DNA of 64,000 nucleotides, taken from Lepidodermella squamata. Taxonomy: Eukaryota; Animalia; Gastrotricha. This document shows positions 44,980-59,900 of the stretch, piece after piece. Position numbers and translations under genes: made by a program. The stretch's first letter is position 1, and each line of letters opens with the position of its first letter. The stretch spans positions 4,340,001 through 4,404,000 of the forward strand of contig JBLDXI010000009.1 of NCBI GenBank assembly GCA_047495785.1. The letters are read 5' to 3'. The notes below the pieces were generated by a model. It ran no database searches and was not told where the DNA came from. It was given only the letters and a program-made list of their open reading frames with translations.

Positions 44980-47900
44980 ATGATTCGAGTTACAGAGGCA
45001 TTGAAGCCTGGTGCTTCTTTGCAGCTGATTTCGCAGTTGTTGTTACTGTGTATCTTTGTCGGATCAATCGAATCATATCGTAGGCTTTAGCTAATTTGTC
45101 GCTCAATATGATGTAATGTCAACTCTCATCTAAGGCTATTGCCCTATTGGCTGGATTGAGGTCAATAAAGCGTGCTTCACGGTGAACAAGGTCAAAGCGA
45201 ATTGGGCTACAGCTGATGCGAACTGCGCTAATCTGGCTCCTGGAGCTCGATTAGCTGTTCACTACAACATAGCCCCTCCTGCGCTGGAATTGGACACCCC
45301 CCTGAAATGGATGGGCTGGGCGTGGAACGGCAGCAATTGGTTAGCGTTCGATGGCGCTTACTTGCCGTACTATTCCATTGGTAAGTCTACATTGGGCATT
45401 GAAAAAATTTATCATGAATCATGAGCTTAGGGTAAGGTTACCTAAATATGCATGAACAATTTCGACTTTTTCATACACTTGTTCCCTAACCATGAGATTT
45501 CCCATGTTCATATTTTGACCATCAACATTCCGATTGACCATCAATGATCTCTCAAAGCGGCTTATACGAACTATTCCACAGTTACCGAGCTATAAATTTC
45601 AACTTTGAAGTTGTTTCATAACATACAATTCACCAGAGGAAACCGGAAGTCTCTCTGGATCTCTAACCGTAACACCTGGAAGCTTCTAAACTTGATCTTC
45701 GTGTTCTCCGCACGCACTTGATTTAGTAAATGTTCTTTTGGAGACATCATGACCGCCAAACGTCATTCGACGACATGGTGTGGTAGTTCAAGATGAGACC
45801 CTAACCCTAACCCACCCTAACTCAAGACGACTTAACGTTTAGAGATGTTCTTTCAAAAATACCATTCTTCCATTGCTAAATCAAGCGCCGAGAACACAAA
45901 AATCAATTTTAGAAGCTTCCAGGTGTTAGGCTTAGAGATCCAGAGAAATCACCAAGGTGACTCAAGATCTTCCCCAAGGCGTCGGAGCGGCAAAAAGACG
46001 ATTTTTCTGACCTATCAATGTTTCAGCGTTATCTGGGTAATTCGACCACGCTGAGTTCAGCGGAATTGACAGAATCGTTCTATCTTTCATAGCCCGTAGG
46101 AAAGCTTAGGATGATGCGTTGCCCAATCCCGTCGCCATTGTAAAAAAAGTACTTTTTCAACTCTTAGTTCTCCTGCTCATTCCTATGCCCATTCCTAATA
46201 CGGTCTTTGATCCAATAGCAGCCCGGGTTATTCATGTTTCAACCCCCCAATAAGACTTCAACAGCTGGCTGATTTCCTGACTTTCAAATATCAGCTCTTC
46301 AACTGACTAGTAATTTTTTGGATAATTCAAATAAAACACGCCTTGTTTGACCCCTTTCTTCTAATATTCAATTTTCAAAATTACAATTTTATGTATTATG
46401 GAGGTGCTCAGTATATAAATGCGCGATTTTATTTATTACAGGCTCGTTAGTAGGAAGCCCTGGCGCTTGCGGCGCCTTCGACACTGGCTCGATGTCTTAC
46501 ATCGCTGTGCCGTGTGCGAGCGTGTTGCCTAGCTATTGCCGCTTCGTGCTGCACGCAACTGACGTCACTGGCACGTTCCACAAGTACGAGGCGGTTGCCC
46601 TGCCGTTGACATTGGCCTACGCTGGTCGCGATCTGACTCACATCGAACCTGGTGTGCTGCCGTTCGAGCCGCAGTCGCTCATCACCGATGCAGTTCGCTT
46701 TCAAATGACGTCTCGCGGAGCTGGCCCGACAGGCTCACTAACAGGCACTTCAGTGAAATTTGTGAGCTCGAATAATTCAAGCATAAGCTTCTTGAATTAT
46801 GATGGAAAATACGATGCGAAATTTACAGCTGGGTTGACATCTTCCAGCACTATTTCATGGTCCTTTTGGATATACATTGCAGCATCTGTAAGTATTTTGA
46901 ATTCTTAACTGCTGTAATAGGTTTAAAAAGTTCAAATTCGAACTAAATCCCTTGCTATATCCACGAAATCAGAGCTGCCCTGTCAGCCAGGGGAAATTTG
47001 ATCTTAAAAGGCGCATAAACTTTTAAACTCGTAAGACAACAGTCCTCTTGTGAGCACCTTGATTTCTCGAGCCCACAAAAAGCACGTAGTTTCCCATTGC
47101 CGAAGCTATAAGCTAATATAGTTTTGCTTTCAGCCACCAGCGTTAAAAAATAAAAGTAATCACCAATACGAATATGCCAAACATTCCTAATAGCATTCCT
47201 TTTCAGTCTAACACAATATTCAGCCACGTCGTCAACACTCTGACGAATGGATCAGTGCTGCCCACATCGTCGAGCGGTAGGCGAGGCGTGTATCTTGAGG
47301 TTACGTCTGGTAGCCTTGTATTCGTTATCCGCTACGAAAATGACACATTCGTTAGATCCGGGGGAACCTGGACTAACTGCACGCTGATGCAAAAGTGGCA
47401 ATTCCTGTCAATCTTTCTCAGCAGCAATCGTATTGTAGTAAAAAATAACCGTCTGGGCGGTACTTGCTTCAACCAGTCCCTAAACGTTGACCTAACGAAA
47501 CTAGCAATTCGACAAGGCCTCATCATCGGGCAATTCATCAATTTGGTAAGAAGTTCAACAAACGAAATATCAGGATTTGTCATCAATAAAGCTGCCACGG
47601 CTGATTCTCACTACGAATGGGAGCTGGAAAATTTTTTCAATGCATCAAATGGGGAGCAGTGGGCCCATGAAGAAGAAATGACACGGTACGTGGCTCCTAA
47701 TGACTTTAACTATATCGCAGCATACTGGCCTCTGACTGACTACTACGGAATTCAAGAGGCGAGCGGGAAGAAACTAACTACCATACCAACAGTTCCTTAC
47801 GAGAATCTGACATATGTTTACAGCAGCTGGTATAAAAGACCGGTGCTGAATTGGGACGGAACATTCGGTCTAACTGTAGATGTGCCCCACGAGGCAACTG

Positions 47901-50900
47901 TTTTGAGCAAAGTTGCAAGCACTTGGAAAATAAATGCCCGCATCACGAAGGAAACTGATGGCCCAATTCTTGAATTTATTGCGAACGACAGTACATCAGG
48001 AATAAGCTTATGGCGCTACGCCAAAAATGACTCGTTCGCTATTTCGACGCAGCTGTCGAACGGGACCTTTCAAAGTTATGTTTTTGGAAACTGCGCCATT
48101 GTTGGTAAGAGAATTCAATCAGTGTATCGAGCACTATTGCAAAACAACGGGCGATGGGCATGTGGAGAGATAACTAACGGTGCTCTCGTAGTCCAAGCTC
48201 CTGCCTCCATTTCAAATTCGATGGAATTTACCAACTATGGAATTCGCATAGGTTACTCGGTTCTCGATTCACCGTTCGGCCGAAACCTCAACTCGAAAAC
48301 TCCGCGATCTTTTTTGAAAGGTCAAATGGTGGGGTTCCTGGTAACTTTGAGCGGATCCATGCCAGCAACGGACACGTATACTTCATTGAGCGCTCGTACT
48401 GTGCTGATGGGCGGTCCAAGCGGCGTTCTGTACAAGCCCCTGGCTCTTCGCGCATTCTGGCCATTGGGGCGAGATATTGGTCTGCCTGCACGCTAATTCT
48501 GCTTTTTACGTAATGTTGGTTGTTTTTAAGGTGGCAAAGACATTTCTGGTAGAAAAATGGACGGCTGGGCAATTTCAACTGCATCTCGTTGCGGACCAAC
48601 CGGCCTACCATTTTCAGCCTCAAGATTCTACGCCGACTCGATAGCGAGCAGGGTAGAATTCAAATACCGGGATTACGCTTACACTTTAGGTTCTAATGAC
48701 TCGGTTACCTATGCTTTCTGGGCCTATGTCCCTTCAACCTATGACCGAAAGCTCGCAGCACAGCGTGGGATTTTCTCTCATATACTACCTTACGCTCCAG
48801 ATGTGAGATTGGAGTTTTAGGCTTAAAAGATGCTTACTTATTTTCCATTTCAAGCTGCAAACTACTGGTTTAATCATGACGGACGTCGATACTTTCGAGT
48901 TTCGGTTATTTGTTGGCCCTGTCCCTATTCTATCTCTTCAAGCTAAGGCTAAGACCCAGTATCAGTTCATCAACCGATGGCTGTGGATCGTGGTCGAGTA
49001 TGATACGCGTTATAACCTTGTTAAGCTCTACGTCGATGGAGTTCTGGCTACGAAAACATTGGATTCTCGAACTGTTACAACAACTGGCTGGCTTCAACTT
49101 GGCTCTGCAAATGGAACAGTAAGTCTGCAATTACGATATTTCATAGGTTATTGCGTTTCTTCTCAAGTCTTTCGATGGAGCTCTGAGTTGCTTCATGATT
49201 TACGACTACGCTGTTCCTGATTGGGAATTCTCGAAACTGCAACGAATGTGCAATGACTCGCTGAATCTTTATTATGGAAAATGTAACTAATGCCTTGAAA
49301 TAGCTTCTCTCCTTCGAAAATGCAAATTTTGAACAGATGCCATTGTGTTCTCCAATCCAACCCGTCTAGTCGGATTCTGGCCTCTCAACTACAAGTTCTT
49401 GTCTTTTGATGTCAGTGGGCACAATATTCATCTGTCTGTAAGATTGTAAGCCTAACGCTATTTCATACCTAATTTCCGAATGAAGATGACATATGGCTCG
49501 AATTCGAACTCACTTGTTCAATGGGTTCCTGGACCTGGTGGTCGAAAGGCAATGGCGGTATCAGTTGGAGCGAACGTAGCCGGACGAGTGTTGGAACGAA
49601 CCTACAACACAGTGAAGTTAATGTGCTAGGAATTGACGATTCATTATGATATTTTCTTCTAGTCAAGTGGATCTTTGACTAACCCCGACTACGCCATGAA
49701 ATTCCTCAACATGAATGGAATGATGGCCAGCGATTTAGGTCTTACTATTTCGCTTTACTTCTACTATCAGTAAGATGAAGTTTTGCTGAACTCTTAAAAA
49801 TTATTCTACACTTATTTCTTTGAGGAATTCGAATGATGAATTCACCTACTTCAGAAACACCGGGAATACTTATTTGAAATCTCAGGGCAGCATGATCTAC
49901 TTCTCATTTGGAACACCAATTGGAATCGGTGGGCAGCATGTTACATCAAGTTGCCAGATTCCGTTAGCTAACTCTGAGTTTTAATGAGAAAATTTCCAAT
50001 TTTATTAATTTTACCAGGTCGATATATGACCCTATGGCTTGGTATTTTCTATCGGCCACTATTTATCCAGTCACTGTCTCTGGTAACCAATACTTGGCTG
50101 CTTCTCTGTTTCTTGAAGGCGAGTTGATCTGCGATTCCACGGCCTCCAACTCCGATTCAGGCGCTTTTGCCAACTTACCGATGATTTATGACAGCTTTTA
50201 CCTCGGAAACTGGAACACACCTAGCGGAGACACCAGAATGTCATGTAAGAATTGAGGAATTCTTTGAAATTCAAATAATTCCCGAATTCAACAGGTTTCA
50301 CGGTCCATAGTGCAGTCATTTCAAATTTGCTCTCGGCCAAATATGATTGCGATCAAATGCTTAATGGAACGGTTGATCATCTTCTCTCAGCCCTGGTGAA
50401 ACCAGCAGCTCTGTACCCAATGTCTGCCCATACTTTAGGGGATAATACAGCCCCAGACAGCATCCCGATACAAGCTCGTTACGACGGTGTTCAATACTCG
50501 GAGAGCCCTAATAAATTGGCCCAAGGCGCAATGAGGTTCTCGGGGAGTTCAACGCAGTTCTTCCTGCTAAACACGACATTTGATAACGGATTCGATTTCC
50601 AAGCACGATCTCGAAGCGCGACTTGGCTGTATCGAATAAAACACGATGCTGGCTTGAACAATTTTCAAAACCATCTTGGCTACACCTCGACAAACGGGCT
50701 GATGAGTAGTTACGTCAACGGAACTGTTTTCTATCCGATGAAGAATGACACGAATAATTCATTGATACATGGGGCAGCGATTTCAAACTACAAAACAGGC
50801 ATTTGGCATTCACATGGATTCTCCTATGAAATAGGCAGTGATACCACTATTGTTTCTGTGGATGGGACTGTCTCTGCTGTTGTTGGCGAGAGAAGAACCA

Positions 50901-53900
50901 GTGACGCTGTGAGTTTCCCGGCAAGCAAGGGACATTTAGCGATCGGTACAGCCGCAGATGCACCAGGTTAGTTGAGAAACCATTAAACCGAATTTTCAAT
51001 GGTGTTGATATTATTAGCCGGATTTTCTGATAACAACTACAACTTTATTGGCTCCATGTCCTGTCTACAATTCTACGACCGGGCTTTGAGTCCTTCTGAG
51101 CAAAATCTCGCCTCCAGATGGTGCAATCACCCGCACTACATGGGCTGCTACAACGTATCAGACCAAGCTAAACCTAGTTACGTGATTGCGGACCGCCGTT
51201 CGATGTCCGCTAGCAAATGCCGATGGTTTTGCGAAAACTCAACGCGACGATTTGCTGGTCTGGAGGGTGGCTACTATTGTCGGTGCTACGAAAACCTATT
51301 TTCGATGCTGTACCTGGTTCAAAATAGCCACTGTAATTCGAAAGTTCCCGCTAATTCAAATGACTTGGGTGGCGGGGCGAAGGGATCGGGAATTATCGCG
51401 CTCTACAGGTCCAGCACGGCGAAATCGGCAAGCAGCAAGTCATTCACCTTCTGGGCTTACTCTGGTACTCTCGGTAGGTTTTTCTTCTGTAATGGGCGAA
51501 CGAATCATTCGTTGACATTTCAGCTTGCCCTCCTGGATACGTTACATTTCCACCGTTTTACGCGAGATGCTACCGGCTGTTGGGCCCTGAGTTGGTAGAC
51601 TACGACGTAGCTAAGAATTCATGCAAGTCTACTCACCCTATCTCTACGCTGTTCTACCCAGAGGATGAAGTTGAAAATTCTTTGATCGACTCTGTAATCG
51701 AGAGGTTAATAATAATAATCTAGCCCATTCTACTAAAACGACGAATTTTTTCTTATTAACCAGCCGTGCATGGATAGGATGTAGGGGCGCTACAACGAAT
51801 CCTGCGATGGGTGTTTGCAAGCGGGAGGACGGGCGGTCTCATTCCTCTTTTTACAGGTAATAATAACCCAACTTTGTTATCATAATTCTTAAACTTCATC
51901 ACAGATTTCGAGGCAATTTGATAGGCAGTGAGCAGAATCCAGTTCAAGGATTCGTTACACCCGGTTCCCCGTATTGGAGCACTGTTCAGGGAGGTACAGC
52001 TCAAGCTTTATGCGAAACACCCGCTCCTCAAATGTCTCGTAAGTTGGAGCTAACACTCTTGGTTACACTCTAAAGTTTCTCCTGAAGGTTGCGTCCCACC
52101 TGCCATTCAAACCGGCCTCAAATGCATGGTGTTTGTAAATATCCCGATGAATTACCAGGATGCTTCGGCATATTGTCGTAGTTTTCCAGGAGGAGGCGTA
52201 GACGACGCCAGTACTCCTCTCAGCCAGCAGAAAGAGATTGAACTAAGTGATGGGCTGTCATCATTTTGGGTCAATGTGAAATTCACAAGCCCAAATGTTT
52301 TCTCGTTCGCATTTGCGGGAAAGTGGCCGAACGACTTTGCAATCGATCAAAATTTGGCCACTGTGGATATGCAAGATCCATGCGTCTACGCCGATGCTCG
52401 ATCCGCCTATCAATGGAGGACTGCATCATGCGATGAGCTGAAAGCTTTCGTCTGCCGTTACTCTCCCAACTTATCAACCTATGCCCTTAATGCGTCTGTT
52501 TACGGCGTCGCCCCACAAGCTATAACAGCCTCCCCAGGGTTGCTCAATCCCCACCTCGCCGTCATAGGTTCGCCGAGTTTTATCTGCTTCAATAGTTCTA
52601 GCGACTACGTCCAGCTGGATTATTCTAATAAAGTAACGATCAAAAGTGTCACGCTTGAATGCATTCCTCAAAACAATCAATGCGGCAATAGTTTCAGCCT
52701 CTTGGGGTCATCTGATGGTGTGAATTTCGCGACATATACATGGTCGAAAGCGTCCTACTTCTTCGGAGTTGACGGGGCAATGAACAACATTTCAGCTCCT
52801 GTGGCGAATCATACCATAATTTTACCGCTCATGGACACCACGAATTCGAGAATTACGTTCTTCTTCACTGATCAAACCCTAGCAGATAGCTTGATGAGAA
52901 TAACTTCAAGTGGACCGAATTACCCGAACTGCTTCAGGTTCAATTTGCAAGTAACTGCCGATGCTAGTACTTTCAAGGGCGGGGTGAAACATTTCGGACC
53001 GTTTACCTTCCCCTTTCGAAGATCAAGCGGGAGGCCGAACTTTCGACTATTTGTCCATCAACTTGGTTTCTCTCCCGTTCCAAAGCTGATAGATGGTCCC
53101 ATCGCAGTAACTGAGGAAGCATTCTACGCACCCAAAATTGTAGGCAATCAACGCCTCACCATCGTATCCCTTGATCCCGAGGGTGAGGAGGCTTCGATAT
53201 ATAAAGATTTCCAACTTGAAACCAGGACACGAAATCTATACTTTGAGAATTGCCCCGCTGTCTCACCTGCTGCAACGTTAGTCAAATGCTTCGTGCGAGC
53301 TGTTGGGGGTTCGAATTTTACGATATTCACATCGTATGGCGCTGCGGGGCAAGGTCAAAGAAATTACTCTACAAATGTCATAGGTAAAAATAAATTGAAG
53401 GTATGAATTCATTCCACTATTTGATATTTCTAGCAACGAGGCGTCAATATGGAACTATCGAGACAAGTGATGCTGTACCATATCCAAGTTACGTTTCCTC
53501 CATTTCAATGCTGGTTAATTATCCCTTTGAAAAGCCAACTTCAGTATACGCTATCGAAGTGAAGTAAGGACAATAGTTTTGAAATTTAGCAGCTATACCA
53601 ATTCGCTTCGAATTAGCTGCGACAAAGGCGGGAATTTCAGTGTGTTCTTTCTATCGCCCGCTTGCCCACCTGGTACTTCTTTTTGCATGCAATCTTACAG
53701 CTGTCTGGCAGCATCAACATCATGCAAGCTTCAAAAAGCGTCTTTATTCAGCTTCAAATGCCCAGCTGGGTTCTTTCGCTGCGAATGGGGCAAAGGATGC
53801 TGTGCGAAATCCGCCAACAACTCCTGGACACCCGCTATTTGGAACTACTACAACGCAACCAACTCTCCGGTTGATTATCGGGTCGAAACGAGACTCGATT

Positions 53901-56900
53901 TCATCCTACTTGGCCAGGGACGCCGAATCTACTACCTGCAACCCGAGTCGATCAGGGAGTACCCTATTGGAACTATTATGGCTATTTCACTGCCAAGCAA
54001 TGTAACGGGTCTGGGACTCCCAAAACTAGCCAATGTTACTAACGTACCAAGCTATTCAATACCCGGCCTGCCTGCGCTGAATTCTACCATATCAGCCTCA
54101 AGCACCGTCAAACGCCAACATGTTCCCTTGGTCCGAGCAATCACAGTCGACTCAACAACATTTGCAATGAACGTACTTTGGCAGACTACATGTGGCGATG
54201 TTCCTTTCACTGCTACGACTGTCGATTCGAATTGGCCGGAAAATGTTTGGACTGCTTCGCAAAATGTTACTATTCAATCGCCATGTGGTAAGCCGAGTGT
54301 AGTCATCGCAGGGAAACTGTATACTCAAACTAATGCTCAATTCGATTTGGCTCGAACATACGACTGCTCTTGCAAATATGAGGTCGGTTGGACTGATTTA
54401 TTGGGGATAATGAAGCCAATAAACTGGACGAGTTCAGCCAGTTCAACAACAATTGGTCGGATCTTTCCTGATGCTGGGATTTACAATATGATTCTGCGAG
54501 CTTATAATGATAGGAACGAGTCGAATTTCACGGTAGATTGCATTAACTTTCATTGATTTATGAATCGAATGTTGCTTTTTAGTATGCTATAAAGGTATAC
54601 AACTCCATAGGAGACGTGGATATCCGATTCCAAAATTACCCTGCTGTACCATCGGGCCTTCCTGTTGCCGCTGAGATTATATCTTACGCTGGATCGGCGT
54701 CTCAAGGTATGGACATCGAAAACATTCCTGTATCACTATAAAACTTGCACATATTAGATTTGGCGTCCAATTGGACTTTGTACATGGGCGACGGGAATCC
54801 TATAAGCATGATTGATATGAATGCGTCAGTTCCAGCAAATGGCTCGTGTCAGGCTGGTTGGAAACTGGCGCAGGCTGGCGTTTGCCTCTTGCATGTCGTC
54901 AATACGAGGCGACCATTCGGAGATGCCGAGAATTACTGCGCTGCAGTGGGCGGAACCCTTGTAAGCCTTGATGCAGTCAGCAGCCCAACCATGACGGAAT
55001 TACTCACTATATTCTCACCTCCACCTAATGCCACGAACGCATCGGTTGGCCTAACATCGATCAGAAGCCGACCGGGCTTCTTTACGAATCTGTTAAATAC
55101 AGACATCCTTGCTGCCGGTGGTGCGGTTCTTCCCCCGCAAACCGGGCAATGTGTGTCAACAGTGGGGAATAATGGTGCCCAACCTCGTGATTGCGGAACA
55201 TATCGTGCATTCATATGCCAACAAAAATTGCCGAGTAAGATTTAAGATGAAATTCACATGCCTTTCTTGTCTGAAGTTTTCTCAAGTCCGAAGGCTAATA
55301 GTAGTGTCTTCGAATCAGAGAATAGCACTGCGCTGATTTATGTTTGACACATTGATACTGCCTTGATTACTGATTTCTTTCATTTAGATTACAAAATGTG
55401 TGGCTTTGACGGCGAGCTCTGGACCCAATACGGTGGCAGTTGTTACCGCGCCTTCCCGTCTGATAACTGGAACCAAGCATGGCAAACTTGCAGGAACTAT
55501 CGCAGCATTTTATTCAGTCCAAAAGGCCGTCCCTCAGACTACGCTAAAATAGCTAGTGCCCTCAATAAAACTATCTCAAACCCCGGCCCATACTTCATTC
55601 AAGCTCTCCTCGGTGACAACAACTTCCGGCTGCAGTCTGACGCGTATGGGAATGTTTTCAAACCCGAGCAAGATCCAACTCCCGGCCGCTTCTTCGCTTT
55701 CGACTTGAAAACAGGAAAAGTTACACCGACTGACGGCAACGCAAGTGCCATGTGTGAACGACGGATTCTTGCGGATTCCGGGCCTAGTGACTACTTTATT
55801 CGAATCGCCAGCAGACGTTTGTTAGCAGAGGCTACTCCAGCATTCAGCAAATGTCCCTATAGCATGACATTGAACAACGGAATCTGTTACAGGGCCGTAT
55901 CCCAGCCTGAAACCATGGACAAGGCCGCTGAAAACTGTCGTAAAACATATGGCGGTTATCTTGCTGCCGTTTCATCTTCCGATGAAAACTCATTCCTTCG
56001 AAATCTGCTATTCCAATCAGGGTTAAGCTCAGCTTGGATCGGGCTGGTTACTGGGGGCGAGAGAAATAGTTGGCTTTGGTTAGACGGAAGCGGTTCAATC
56101 TCTGATTTCTCCTACTGGGCAGCATCCTCAACGCCCCTCTCAGCACCCTTCATCAGTGGAGCTTCTATTTTAGACAATGGAGCCTGGATTGTTGTTAACG
56201 CTGCTACCAGTCTTCCCTACATTTGCGAGCTAAAACCTACTGTTGAACGAAATTATGCTGGCACCTGTGGTAATTACTTGCTGAACCAAACCCTCACATT
56301 GAAAAATGGGCAATGCATTTCGAGCCTGAGCAACGCTCTCAACGCTACTACTGCAAACGCGAGCTGTGTGGCTAATTTTGGCGGAAAATTGTTGGCGCCA
56401 GTCAGTGCCGAAGAGTGGCAGCAGGCTGTTCGTGTCATCTACGAAACTTCAAATTGGAACGGTGACTCATTGGCTGTTTGGACGGGCCTGAATTTCGGGT
56501 CTGATGGACTCACAGGCCCGACGAAAGATTCAGGGAATCCATACATCAAGTGGCCTCCCGGATACACCCCTGCCATGGCTTCTGGTCAGTGCGTTGCGTT
56601 GTATGCGGACGGTTATGCGAAATTAGCCGATTGCTCAACGCCTCTCAAGTTTTCGTGCCAAGTTACAGCGACGAAGTGCCCGGTTATGTGGCGAGCCTGG
56701 GGCGGGATGTGTTATAAAGCTTCTGAAGATCGCAGCTTGGTTCAGAGACACACCAGCCCCGATTACACCACTCCTTACTGTACTTATTTATGGGGAAGTC
56801 ACGCAACGTCTGTCGCTTCAGCTGATGAAATTATCGGAATTAGACAGACTCCTTTCGCGGAGTTGCCAGCTTTGATAGCAACAGGACAGTTCACTGTTTA

Positions 56901-59900
56901 TAGGGGATCAACAAGAACTTCAAGTGGTAGACCGATGTTTGTACCACTCCCGATAAACAACACAGTTTCTCAACGGTACTATATTGATCCCGCTAACAAA
57001 ATAGCCTCCATCAAAAACACCGACCCAGCTCTCCAGATGCAGATTGTTTGCCAAAGGCCAAGTAAGTAAAAAACTGAACTAACTAGCAATAACAATCTTT
57101 TTAATTACAGGTTCGCTCACGCCTGATGATTGCGCCTTAGAATGCCTAACATCGCGCTACCAACCGTGCCAGACCTTTGAATATCGTGGCGACTACTGCA
57201 TTTTATACAACGAATCAATTACTCTGAGCAGTTTCGGCATCCGTAACTCGCAAGGCCTTTCAGACCTGTTCTACATCGGCTGGAAGGATAGGAAACCTTG
57301 TTTCGAAGATCTCTTGGCTGCCATCATTGGTGTTAAGTTCTCAGGGCGTGATGTTAACAATAAGGCGGATTCGGTTGTTTTAAATAGCAACGGACCTGGC
57401 TACGTTCCAATCACCCCATCTGATGTTCTAGAAATCAAGTTTCCTCACCTAGTTTCACTCTACAGCTTTACGATATCGACTAATTCCACGGGATATGTTA
57501 CGTCGCTATATTTGGAATGTTCGTTTGGTCCTGTCGACGATTTTGTGCCATGTTTCTATTCGGACAACTTTCAAGACACTCAAGTGTTCCAAGTTGAGCC
57601 CAACCTCGGCCCAGACCACGTGGATTTTCCAACAATGATCCATGTTCGAAGGGTGAGGATCGTTCCTACGGCGTATGTCTCTTCGCCAAGTTTCAAGCTT
57701 GAGTTCTCAGGATGCCGAACAATCCTTGGAAGAACATGGCAATCTGCTACTTACGTCCCTCAAAAATACGATGTAACTTTGAACACTAGTAATGTAACAA
57801 AATCAACGTCGATCTATGCTATGCAACCGATTAGTCAGCCGACTATTTTAGCCCCTGTCGCATTGCAATTTGGGGCATATCAAGCAGTGAATTTCAGCTT
57901 CGGTGCGACATCTTGGCCTTTTGCGAAAGCTCGATTCAATGGCATTGAAGTGGGAACTAGCATCGACTCAGCGGCATCAATGGGGAACATTTTGATTCCT
58001 GCCTCAGTCTTCACGCAAGATGGACCAGCCAATTTATCTTTGGTTTTCGATAACGCAGTGTCCGATCCGATATACGTCGATACCTCTGTGTTCGTCGAGT
58101 ATCCTGTAACTAGCCTGAAAGTAGCTACAAACCAGACAGCTGAATACGGCACTCTTCGAGGCCAGCCTGTTCAATTTTTTGCATCAGCCTCAAACTGCTC
58201 TAGATGCTCTTTGGTCGTAACTTTCCCAACTGTGGCAGGACCAGTTGCTCAGTCTTATTATTTCCCGCTGTTTTACGATGGCGACAACATTTCAGATATT
58301 TTGTTTGCTTGGAATGTTTCCGGACTCTACGATGTCACATTCAACATGTCGAACAACGTTAGTAGTATGGAAACTACAGTTAAGGTAGCCGTTGAGAACC
58401 CAGCCCGAAATTTCTACTTTGTCTACAGCAATCCGGTTGCAATTGCCAAGAATGGTAAAGGAACATTAACTATGGCCTTGGGTTACCACGGTGAAGTAGG
58501 CGACTATCCGATGTGGCCGGTTCAGCCGGAATTCAAAATTACGACATGGGATGGAACTGCAACATCAGACAGATTCGAAGCGGTTTTACCAGCCGCCACA
58601 GGAACATTTAAGGCGAATCTAACGCATTGGGCGTATATCTGGGAGACTAAGGGAGTTTACCCAATCACTGTGATGATAAAGAACAACGCATTTACCATCA
58701 CGGATGTCTACTACGTCGAGTTTCAAGAGCGTCTATCTGACCTCAATGTTATCAATCAAGAAGCTGGTCCCATAAAAACTGGAGTTGATGCACACATGAA
58801 AATTACTGTGTCTTGGGGCGCGCCTTATCAATATCGAATTACTATTGACTCTCTAGACCTGGGATGGTCGGAATACACAAATTTAACGGAGATTAGCTTT
58901 ATAATCCCATTCAATGAATCAGGGACTTACCGGCCCAAGGTTGAGGTTCGAAATCTAGTCAGCCAGTTGGGACCTCGTGAGATCGATTCTCCTTTCAAGG
59001 TCATTACACCGATGAGCGGTTATTCCTATGCACTAACCGCAGATCCTAAATACGGCCGTTTGGCTCTGAACTCGTACCAACAATGGCAATCTTCCCCCAT
59101 CAATTTCACGATCTGGTACAACACCTCTGAATCTATGCCGTCTGACGTTTCCGCTACGGTTTACTATGGAGATGGGACGACGGTATCTCTTATGCGGTTT
59201 GAATGCGATCTTAAGATGAGTTGGCTTAAACGAGGCGAGCTGGTAGCATGCAACATTTTGCAATATTCCTACACGAGCTCAGATAATTTCATGATGAAAG
59301 TGCTTATTGCTAACGCTGTTTCGAACAGTGAATTGAATGCTCGCATACCCGTCTATTTCCAAGTTCCTACAAACCTTGTGATAATGATGTCTTATCGATT
59401 GAATGCGTCTTATCCATGGAGGAAGGCTCTGGGACCTACTAGCAACTACGTTCCCTCTGATTATGAAGTGCTGTTCTATACAAACGCTCCGGTCGGAGGT
59501 TTGTATCAGGTTTGTTGGACCTTTGGAGATGGAATCTCCTCATTCTGCCCAGCTGACTTCGCACCAACCGCCCAACAAGCTATACACGTATTTCAGCATG
59601 ACAGCCCTTGTGGAGCATATCTCGAGAATTGTGGCTTTGTGGTGAATACGACGGTGAGTAGTCCCTATGAAAGCACTCAGGCCGAAGCGTCTTTCTATGT
59701 CCAAACCGCGCCAAAAGGCTTAACACTTATAGCTTTTGACCCTATACCCATTGGCGAGAATCTTACGGTTGAAATCAGTTTTGAACTCATTGGCACTGAT
59801 GCGTGTTTATACATCGACTTTGGAACTAATAGTGTTGAGGGTCCTCGGCGTATCCTAAAAGGTTCGGAGTACGTTTGCTCATTCTTGTACGCTAATGTCG

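Noticed and set aside
45427-45545. Minus-strand translation NLMVREQVYEKVEIVHAYLG, reminiscent of a LINE reverse-transcriptase YLG motif
   Set aside because: Too short, with no YADD-type motif or continuing frame.
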